64,000 nucleotides of DNA from Felis catus (lineage: Eukaryota), in NCBI RefSeq assembly GCF_018350175.1, contig NC_058373.1:109618001-109682000 (forward strand). Direction: 5' to 3'. Within the stretch, counting starts at the first letter, position 1; every line of letters begins with the position of its first letter. Made by a program: the position numbers and the translations under genes. The notes beneath the pieces were generated by a model that saw only the letters and a program-made list of their open reading frames with translations, was not told the origin of the DNA and ran no database searches. Below are positions 41,020 through 51,335 of this stretch, piece by piece.

Positions 41020-41400
41020 AAGCTTAAACCCCTGTGGAGTCAGGTATGTCTTTGAATAGTCAGTCAAAAGCTATGGATCCTCTACCATGAAAATACACAA
41101 AACAGGGGTGCCTGGGTGGCTCAGTCAGTTGAGCGTCCAACTCTTGATTTCAGCTCAGGCCATGATCCTGGGGCTGTGGGATGGAGCTCTGTGTCCGAGT
41201 CTGCCATGCTGAACGTGGAGCCTGCTTGGGATTCCCTTTCTCTTTCTCTTTCTCTCTCTGCCCCCTCCCCCTCTCATGCTCCAAAATTAAATAAATAAAT
41301 ACACGAACAAGCAAGCAAACAAACACAAAATACCCAAAATTCTGCAGTCAACATCAGAAGGTCCACTGACTCTATGAAAACAATCTACAGACACCCTAGT
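41020..41400 (+). mobile_element. MER103C-like hAT remnant interrupted by a CanSINE
   Basis: aaagctatggatcctct...cacaaaa...caaaattctgca flanking the SINE. Confidence 0.5.
41105..41300 (+). mobile_element. CanSINE (older type)
   Basis: ggggtgcctgggtggctcagtcagttgagcgtcc head. Confidence 0.92.
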
Positions 41401-42789
41401 ATGCTACATGAATATTATTAAGTGGGCATTAACTAAAGAAGCACAGTGCAGTTGTTTAAGATTTACAGTAATTAAAGAAAGGACAAAGTGCCTGCCAGTC
41501 TCTCTACCCTCTGATAAATTACAAATGGTAACAATATGCTCCTAACCTTGAGCTGCCAATTCTTCCGGATCTCATTCTAAAAATGTCTGTTGATAATCTT
41601 CATTATCGTAACCTTAAATTCTTTTCTAAGTAACAAGGAATCCTTCACTTTCCAATTTAATTCTCAGGTCCTGTTCCTATTCTCAAAATTTGCCAATAAT
41701 TTCAGTTCCTAGATGCCCTTCCCAGACATCACTCAATTCTCTTCCATTATTTATATTTTCAGTAGCGTAGGCAGCCCATCTCCACCACCATCACCCCCAC
41801 CCAGGCACCACCACATGGGTCAGATCTTATCTCCTTCCAGTCTGAAGAGTCACCTCAAAGGCAAATTCTGGCCAGGATGTATGGTTACATTCCTTATCAG
41901 ATGCCAGAAGATGAAAAATGGAAATTTCACATTTCCCCCTGGTACTTATCATTCCCAAGGCACTTTTAGATAGTTGTCATTTTATGAAAAGAAACTCTGT
42001 CTGTCCTTCAGCCAATAAAGCATGTAGTGAAATTAACAAAGCACTCCTATAAGTCTGTGTAGGCAGACTCTGAGACCTTTAATTGCAACTTCATTATTTT
42101 CTACAGAACCGTATTTTTCTATTAAGAGGCAAACCAGAGCTGTGATCTCCCGTTAAATCAAAGGATATATAAAAGATACAACACACAGATAACCAAATGA
42201 CAGGGTATAATTTGAGAATAGGAAAAACAAAGCTAATGGTGGCCAAGAAACAATAATTAGCACTCAAGGAAAGACTTCAAGAGAAAAGAAAAAAAAATGT
42301 TCTAAATATTTTATCTTAAAACTAGATCACCTTTGGAAAAATCACATATTCTACAATGGGAGGTATACAGAAATTTAACCACAGATTAGGAGCAGGGCAG
42401 ACTTTGAAACCAATAAAAGTAAAGACATAAAGACAAAATATGAAAATAAATAACGGCAAACAACCACAGCAACAAGGTATACTGTCTGCAAGAGAAGGCA
42501 TAAGACTGTATTCTAATGAAGGCAGTATGCCCAAGATTCCATCAGTGTACGTGCAACCACCATCTACAGGCATCATCTCAACTTCCTTATACTTTGAGCG
42601 CTTCTCAACCCCCCAGCTCCCACCTGCACCACTGCTCGAAAGCACAGTGGTTCCCTGTACCACCGGCAATTCCATCATCGTTCTTTTTTTCTCCTGCTCT
42701 CCTCCCACACCGACAATTCCCAATCTCCGTCTTCACCTTTCCACATGTAGGTCTCCCATAACCTCCAAGTTAACACACCAAAAGTCCAC

Positions 42790-43640
42790 TGCTCGGTTTC
42801 CACGCAAAACCTCCAGCTATACCTTTCTCAAATAGTGGCATAACTAACCACCTAATTCCCAAAGCTATCCTCACCACCCCTTCCTCTCTCTCACACTGCA
42901 AACATCCACACAAATGCCAAGTGGCTTCAATATTATGTGGGTCTCAAATGCCATCCTTTCTTCTCCTTCTCTACTTTCATACCTGTGTTTGCCTTAGGGC
43001 TTTCACAGCTTCTCTAAAACACCCCTTCCCTAATTGATTCCTCTCCGCCTTCAATTTTGGCGCCCTCCAATCTATCTGGCCCACTGCCAGCGCAATACAA
43101 ATCTGACCATGTCACTCAACTGCTTAAAACTTTCCAGTGTTTATCCACTGTCTGTGAGGTTCTTTCAAGAACGGGCCCACACCTGCAGCTTCAACTGCCA
43201 CCATTCACCTCCTCGAACTCCCCAATACACGTGTGCGCGCGCGCGCGCGCGCGCACACACACACAAAATGCTGTGACAACACTACTTGTGTTTCTCTGAA
43301 TATATCACGGGGTTGGGAAATCCCTTTGCATCATGTAATTCTCTTCTTCATTTCAACACTAGTTCAGCCACTTAAAAAACACGCATTCACCTTTTAACAC
43401 CTACTGAGGCTTTACTTCCTTTGTAAAAAGCCTTCCTTAACCATCTCTACTTACCTCGGACTACTCACCCTTTGTACTCCTTTCTTGCCTTGTATATACA
43501 CCTCTATTAATACACGTATGACATTTTCTTATATTTGTTCATGAGTATCCCTTCTACCTGATTTTAAGTTTGCTGACAGAGCAGGACCCAGCCTTTTTTT
43601 ATTATCAAAATGTAAAAGTGTGGTTCCAAGTCATTCAGTA
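42790..43640 (+). mobile_element. L2 LINE fragment
   Basis: caaatctgaccatgtcact...tgcttaaaactttccagtg; aagccttccttaacc. Confidence 0.6.
43225..43265. repeat. Alternating purine-pyrimidine tract with (GC)10 core
   Basis: atacacgtgt(gc)10acacacacaca. Confidence 0.95.
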
Positions 43641-46197
43641 AACTTTACCTGGAGTTAGCTAAAATAATGTCTTCACCAATGAGATACCATCTCACATTCG
43701 AACTATACCCAAAAGTGACGTTTTTGAAAAGGAAGATGTGCACATATAAAGAGCATAAAATACAAAGAGCTCGAGTTTGGGTTAAAAAAAAAACAGCACA
43801 AGATTACTGGGAGAGCCAGAAATTCTAAAAAGTCTTTCAAATGGATGCATGGCAACAGAACCAAAGAGAAAAAACATTAGCATAATGTGGTAAAAATACT
43901 GACTCAAGGACAGAAGCCTGACACTTGAGATGATACAAAGCAGAATGAGCCAAAGCCTCAAGGAACTACAAGTCCTGATTCTCGTTTTTTCCATCAGATT
44001 TGCCCTCAGGTGAAATACATGAAAACAAACCACTTACCTAAGCTACTATTTTGGAAGCAGAATCCATTCGCAATTTCTTAGACTGTGTTGACTGAAAGAG
44101 CCAGTGGTTTTCAGAGTTGGAAGGTGGGAGCAATCGTCACCGATCCCCTCCATTTATACACAGGAGAAACCGGGGCTTGAGAGGAAATTAATTATTTGCC
44201 CGAGATCTCACCATCAATCAAGTGGACGGTGACTTCCACATTCTCAGTCTCGGGCTCTCTCCACCAGCCCACACAACTCTCCCTCCCGCAGGGAAGGTAC
44301 GCACTACATTGTTTTATCCTGTTTACACATCAAGAGCTGCTTTGCTTTCTTAATTCTAGCAGCCTGGAGGTGGTATCTAGACTTCATTTAAATGCTAAAA
44401 ATGGCTTCCACAACTCACAGATTACTTTTATTGGTCACTCTTTCCTTCCCCTAACAGACTTAGAACTCTCAAAGGACAGGTCCCTTCAGGTTGGATCAAA
44501 GGCTTTTGGTAATAGTGCTAACACCAGAACCTGTCGCTGTAAGTCATCACTCATCCTCGTTTATAAAACCTGGCTATCACTTACTGATATCACTCACTGG
44601 CTATCACTTACTAAAAGCACCACCATTTCCTTCACTAATCCTAGTGAAAGTGGTTGCATTTTACAATAACAAGAAAGAATAGGTGGGGACAGTGACGTTT
44701 GTTCAACAGGCAGGATCATCTTGGAGTTACAGAATTTGAGAACCATCGAGGCAATGGAATACGACACATCCAGCTGACAACACCTCAAGTCCACAAAAGG
44801 AATGCTGGGTTCCACCAATGATTGTAAAATCAAGTATATAATAACAGAATCGTCCAAACATAGCACTAGTGAACTAATGCTTGCCATATGTTAGGGACTA
44901 TTCCATGAGCTTTGTACACAGATATTGCCAATCCTCACAAAAGGCCAGAAAAAGGCAGGTGTGATACAGATGAGGAAAGTGGGCAGTGGCAGCACCAGAA
45001 TTTCTATATAGAAGGGGCCTCCGAGGTGGCAAAATGGAAGGGAGTAGAGGGCAGCAAGTGGGGACTGGGTTCCAACCCTTCTTACGGAGTGGTTAAGCGG
45101 CCAGCTTGCTAGACTGTATTGCAAGATTGTATCTGAGGAGGTGAGGACTTTACGTGCAGAGCACTTTACTTAGGCAGAGTATTCATGGAGCAGCGGAGGT
45201 AGAACTATGGTTGGTCACCCTTCGCCTGATCCCACGTGCCTCTTAGCACCACACAAAAACTGAGGCCCCAGAGGAAGGGCTCCATCCAAGGTGATGAAGC
45301 AAGTAAGTGCGGCCAGAGCTGGCACTTGAGCCCAGGTCTGTGTGGCTCCAAAGTCTCTTCTCTTTCAGACTCTCCCACACTAACTCCTTCTCTGTAAATG
45401 CCCCAGACTGCCTAAGAACCATGTAAAATTAATGGTTACAATTTCACAAATCATGAGATCTGAAAAATAAACTACACCCCTGAGAACCCTAAACCACCAT
45501 CTGGAAAGTTAATTTTCTAATGCCCTAGAACAGTACGCGTGCTACAGATTTAACATCTCCTAAGGCAGGCCTCCAGTATATTTTAAAACGCACATTCATA
45601 CACAACTCACCTGACGGGAGACTTTTAAAAACAATTTTTGGAAGGGGGTTGGGGGAGGGTAGGGGAGAAGGGAAAATAGTCTCCGTTAAGAGACCAAAGC
45701 TCATTTAGAACCAAGTTGGTTTCACAGGAATAAAAGAAGTTTTTGATTATGCCAAATACTGGGTTTAAAAACTAAATATAACCCAATGACATTCAATATC
45801 TTAATTGAGATAATTTGAGAGCCTGAAACACTCACATTTAAGAGGGAATTCATTCACTCGTTCAACGAACTCCTGATAGACCTGCACTAGGAGGTATTCT
45901 GGGGGCCACAAAGATGTACAGGACATAGTTCCTGCCTAGAAGTGCTTATAGTCTAATTAGAAAAATCAAACAAAGGTGTGAAAAATTAAAGAGCAGCAAG
46001 TGAACAAATTCCAAAAGGATGAATTGCCAAGAGATGAAGGAAATGAAGGAATGGGACAACTCTGAGCTTTTCAGGAAACAGCAGTAGCACCTGAAGTCAA
46101 GTCTTGAAAGGAAGGGGAGAATCAGAGATGGGGCCCAAGAAACACATGAAGGTCCAGAAACAGGGGGAAAGAAAGGCTATTTAAAAAAAACAAACCC

Positions 46198-46413
46198 GGG
46201 GCGCCTGGGTGGCGCAGTCGGTTAAGCGTCCGACTTCAGCCAGGTCACAATCTCGCGGTCCGTGAGTTCGAGCCCCGCGTCAGGCTCTGGGCTGATGGCT
46301 CAGAGCCTGGAGCCTGTTTCCGATTCTGTGTCTCCCTCTCTCTCTGCCCCTCCCCCATTCATGCTCTGTCTCTCTCTGTCCGAAAAATAAATAAACGTTG
46401 AAAAAAAAAAATT
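46198..46413 (+). mobile_element. Young CanSINE (SINEC_Fc), CpG-rich
   Basis: CpGs retained; TSD aaaaaaaacaaacc; near-identical to the copy at 13563. Confidence 0.97.
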
Positions 46414-46848
46414 AAAAAAAAACAAACCAGTAAACATACAAAGGTTCTCACACAAAGGTAAACTGATGGGTATATAAGGATATTCATAGGATAGTGGTTA
46501 AATGAATTATGGTTCACCCACACAATGAAGTATTACACACCTGTAAGACTGAATGAGACAGCTTTATGTGCACTGATATACAGTCTATATTGCTAAGTGA
46601 AAAACGCAAGGTACAGATAAGTTTGTATGGTATGCCATGACTTGTGTATTTACATCTATATGCTTATATGTGCTTACATATTAATGGACAATCCATGGAA
46701 TGAGATATAGAAGGAAGTTATACACGGTGGATACCTCTGTTGGCTGAGGAGATGGGTAGGTTAAAACCAAAACCTGCAGAAGGCAGATGGCCTAGAGAAA
46801 ACCTTAGGTGTCAGGTTAAGAGGTTCAGATAGCATGCAAACTCGAGAG

Positions 46849-47067
46849 CAGGACTTCTCAACAACAGTACTGTTTGCATTTAGGGCCAGATAATTCTTTG
46901 TTAGGGGGCTGTCCTGTGCATCATGAGATGTTTAGCTGCAGTTCGACCTCTCTCCAGGAGATGCTGGTAGCATGCCCCTCCCCACCCCTGGGTGTGACTG
47001 CCAAATCGTCTCTAGACATTGCCAAAGTGCCCTGGGAAGCAAACCCACCCCTAGTTGAGAACCACTG
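46849..47067 (-). mobile_element. MER20 hAT-Charlie MITE, full length (219 nt)
   Basis: TIRs caggacttctcaac / gttgagaaccactg; MER20 internal motifs; 8-bp TSD ctcgagag/ctcaagag. Confidence 0.92.
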
Positions 47068-48214
47068 CTCAAGAGCTACAATGTTAATAGTTAACCTATG
47101 AAACATTCTACTAGTATATTCTCGTAAATTAACAACAAATGCAACATACACTCAAACACATATCTGAGGGATATACTGGACATTGTTTTGAAATGATCTT
47201 CACACATCAGTCACAGTTTCTCAAGTTATGATAATTCACATCCCTTCCCAAATCTGAACTATTCATTTTTAGCTACATCTACTTCATCACGGAGGTCTGT
47301 TTTCTGTATCTGTTGAATACAAATGATAAAAGTTGAACTGAAAAGCTAGACAGTTTTCAGCAGTACAGAGAGAATGGGCCAGATTCTCCAAGGGGCTTCC
47401 CAGTGGTTGCGCTGACCCTTCTGGATTTCTGCAGCATAATTTCACCAATTAGTGGAAGAGCCCCACCTCCCCAAAAGAGCACGTACTCTCTAGATCCAAC
47501 ATCTTCTGGGATGCCAAGGAAGGCAAGCTTCCCATAGAAATCCAACAGAAAACCATATTTTGGCTCAGCTTTAAAAAAAAAAAAACAACAACGAATATAA
47601 TTACTGACCCAAAAAGAACATAATTACTTCTATTATGCTAATAATGTTTCTTCTCTTAACTCCTAATGACCACACAAAGTGCAAGACACTGTTCAAAAAT
47701 AATGAAAGACATCACCCCAGATTTCAAGATTATAATGGGAATGATTAGTTTATAAAGCCAGGAGAGGCTTTAACTAGATTCTACAAATCACAATTTTATT
47801 GAGGTTAAAGCCATTTCTAAATTACCACAGTGAACAGGGAGGGGGAAAAAAAAAAATCAAGACATCCAACAGGCTTGAATATTTTTCAAACACAGATCTA
47901 AAACTTGTGTTGATTCTCCTGTGCCTTTTCTTTTCCCAATGCCAGAAATCCAAGAACACCCTGGCAATCCTGGCTTCATACTCTGAAGTCGCTGGTTCCT
48001 CCAGTACTGTTGTAGGTGAAAAGTTGTGGATTTCATTCTCATGAAATCATACTCTTCAAATTCTAGTATTGTTCCGACTACTTTAGCTTAGCTCTCAGAA
48101 GGTTGGTTCTCATTTGTGGAGGTGGCCTCCAGTGACCTGACTCTGCAATAATTACACCTGTACGTCGCTATGGAAGGTGCTTAAAAGTGTCCGCGGCGAA
48201 ACAAAGAAACTCAC

Positions 48215-48411
48215 CATTCTAACTACTTCAGGGTAAGTCTGCTCTGTCAAACAGCCTCTGCTTATTGTAATGTAGTCCACCAGTTCATTAAGAGTGGAGC
48301 GCTTGTATTCTTTCATTTTAAGATCAGATAGCGTGTCCATGAAGTCAAAAATGACACAGCACTGCTGAAGTTTCTTTAGGAACAGTTCAGGCTGCTCTGA
48401 GGACGGAACGT
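48215..48411 (-). CDS. PPP2R5E: PPP2R5E coding exon 3 (197 nt): (D)[65 protein letters not shown]
   Basis: Within ORF 48152..48517; acceptor ttttttcttag|AC GTT CCG, donor AGA ATG|gtgagt; sequence is epsilon-paralogue specific. Confidence 0.97.
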
Positions 48412-50214
48412 CTAAGAAAAAAAAAGGAAATGGTGTAAGTCTGTCATCAATTTCTAGGTAACAGGAATTCTCTGTGAAAGTTACTTCAAAGGCAAGCTCA
48501 AAAAAATAAGAATTCACATGACAACAGTGTTCTTTTTAACAATTACACACGGGCGGGAGGGGATACCATAGCCACTACTTAGGAGACCTTGTCTTTGAAA
48601 GCTACGTGGTACCAACACAATAGACAGCATTTGCTATTCCAAATATCTATTCCAACCAAAGATAGACCAAAATCCCAAGAGCCATTAGAAAGTTGAAGCA
48701 AATTTTAACCAAAAACATCCCATGTCAAAACCCCTGAGCCAAAAGCACTGAAAAAGGTCAAACTTCCCATTATAAGGTAAAGCCACAAGTTTTCACTTGG
48801 TTTAAATTAGTTTTACTAAAAAAATTTCAAAGCAGAAATGTCAGTAAATTCATTTTAATTTCACGCTGACATCCTTGGTATTTAAAGCAACTGTTGTATG
48901 TGTGTTTATATTTTTTGTTTTGTTTTGGCTTGACATCTATGAAGTTTCTTTGTCAAGGAAACTTGGAAAACCAACAAAATGAAGTAATATCAATTCTCTC
49001 AAAAAGAACACACCAGTGATGGGACAATAAGAGCAAACTATACTTCAATCTATGCTCTCTCTTATGACCCATCTTATTCCCTTAACAGTGCGAGAAAACC
49101 ACTAACATCTTCATTAGTATGTTCTCAGAATAAACATCTGTTCTTTTCCCACAAACAGCAGGTCAGACATTTGGTTTGGTGTCATTTCTAAAAAATATAT
49201 AAAAATTTCAAGTTAAAATTCCTCAGTGAGAATGAAAACCTGATTTACAGCGGGACGTGAAACACATCAAGTTGTAGACAGCCCATTCCATTCCTTTATT
49301 TTCACTACTTTATTCCCCAAACTGGATCTTCTCTAAAAAGGCAATGAAATTATGACCAGGCTCCCGCCTTCATCCAAGGTACGTAACTCATTAATCCTCA
49401 AAACACTCTTAAAGGTAAGCAGGTGGCATGATATTATTTTCCCAAAAAGAAAATTAGAGACTATCACTGAGGTCGTCCCACAATGAATAAGTTACGGAGC
49501 TGGGCCCAGCGCCCAGGTCTCCCACCACATTTCCACACTCCCTTTGTACCACTCAAGAAGGACTTTAACAATGTTTGGCCACTCACTTGCAAGCACCTTC
49601 AGTTGCCAGCTTCCCAGTAAATGCCTTCCAGCAGCCGTAAAGCACGGGCCACCTATTCTCTGGAGGTAAGTGCGACAGTTAGCAGCACTCACCTTACAAC
49701 ACCAGCGGCCCTAGCAGAAGGCAGTGAGGGCAGGCTCCTATTTAAAGGGTCCACGTGACTCCTCTCCACAACCCTCTTCCCCTGCTCACACCCCACATCC
49801 CAAGTGCTAGTCCAAGTACCCGGGACCTCAGAGATAATTCTCCCAAAACACTGCCTGCTGACATCAACTTTCAGGTAAGCCTAGATGAGAGTGGGCAGGA
49901 CACCTGAAAACACAGGATTTTCCTACCAGATACAAAGGAACAAGAAGTAGTCAGTATTTTTGAAGGTATGTAGAGCATCACTGCTATTCTTAGTGAAAAC
50001 AAGTTATAAATTTAGAAATTATTCTTAACCTGTAAGTTTCCTCCCCTGCCACCACCCCCATGGGTCCTTAAAAGCCTAATGTATTACAAAGACTTTGGGA
50101 TTTAAGCTGTGAGATATCTTATTCTATGTCCCTAGACTTAATCACATTCAAAAAAAAAAAAATCTAGCTGAAACTAGTCTAGTCTAAATCTAGTCTAAAA
50201 CTAGTCTAAAGACT

Positions 50215-50438
50215 GGGGTGCCTGGGTGGCTCAGTCGGTTGAGTGTCCGACTTCGGCTCAGGTCATGATCTCACAGTTCGTGAGTTCAAGCCCCCGCATC
50301 GGGCTCTGTGCTGACAGCTTAGAGCCTGCAGCCTGCTTCAAATTCTATGTCTCCCTCTCTCCCTGCTCCTCCCCCGCCCATGCTCTGTCTCTCTCTCTCC
50401 TTCATAAATAAATAAATAAATAAATAAATAAATACCAT
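50215..50438 (+). mobile_element. CanSINE
   Basis: Consensus; (TAAA)n tail; 18-bp TSD aaaactagtctaaagact. Confidence 0.96.
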
Positions 50439-51099
50439 TAAAACTAGTCTAAAGACTATAAGAACTGAGTTTAATCAGACCAAGCTTTCTCTTGAATTGC
50501 TACCTGCTTTTAGCATTCAAAATTAATTAATAAGTAAACAAAACTAAGCAGCTTATGAAAATGGCTATATATCCATAGCCAATGACTAGTTACATGCATA
50601 GGACCATGATGGTTAAGTACTAAAGTCCTGCAAGTTCTAAGTCAGACCTCATACCTCAAAGCTGAATGGAAGTTTTGATGCTGCACAGGGAACAAAGCAA
50701 TCTTATTAATGTAACATTAAGGTTAAAATCTTTAAAGGAGATTTTAATTAATCCTATTTTTGATACAGTAACTTTAACGAGGCTTGAAAACCAGACCATC
50801 TACATGGAGAACTGCATAACTCAGCACATACGAATTATGAAAGCATCTATAAGTGACAGCCTTTCCTCCAAAAAGCAAACCATCATTTAAGTAGTGACAA
50901 CAGTGATTAATCATTGTGGTCGCTGCAAAAAACCTCAAGAGATTCATATATTTGGCTATTTTTAAAATCCAGGCAATTAACATTTGGTCTTTTTTTTTTT
51001 TTATGTTAGGCAGTTGAAATTTATTCTTAATCCAAATTGACGTAATGTCATAGACAAATGTGAAGCAGGCTATCCATCTGCTTAATGGAATAATAATCG

Positions 51100-51335
51100 C
51101 TTTCGTTTACTAAGCACTATTGGGTACATTTATTGTGTACTATTCTAAGCATTTTCAAGTATTATATCTCACGTAATATCACAACAGTTCTATGCAGTAG
51201 GTACTATTTCCAATTTAACAAATGAAAAAATCAAGACACAAGGAAATTCAGTGACTTGCCCAGAATCATACAGCCAACAAGCAGAAAGACAGGATTCAAA
51301 CCCAGGCACACTGGCTCCAGAGCAAGGACTGTTCA
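51100..51335 (-). mobile_element. MIR remnant
   Basis: gtaggtactatt...gtgacttgcccagaatcatacagc...ggattcaaacccaggca. Confidence 0.8.
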
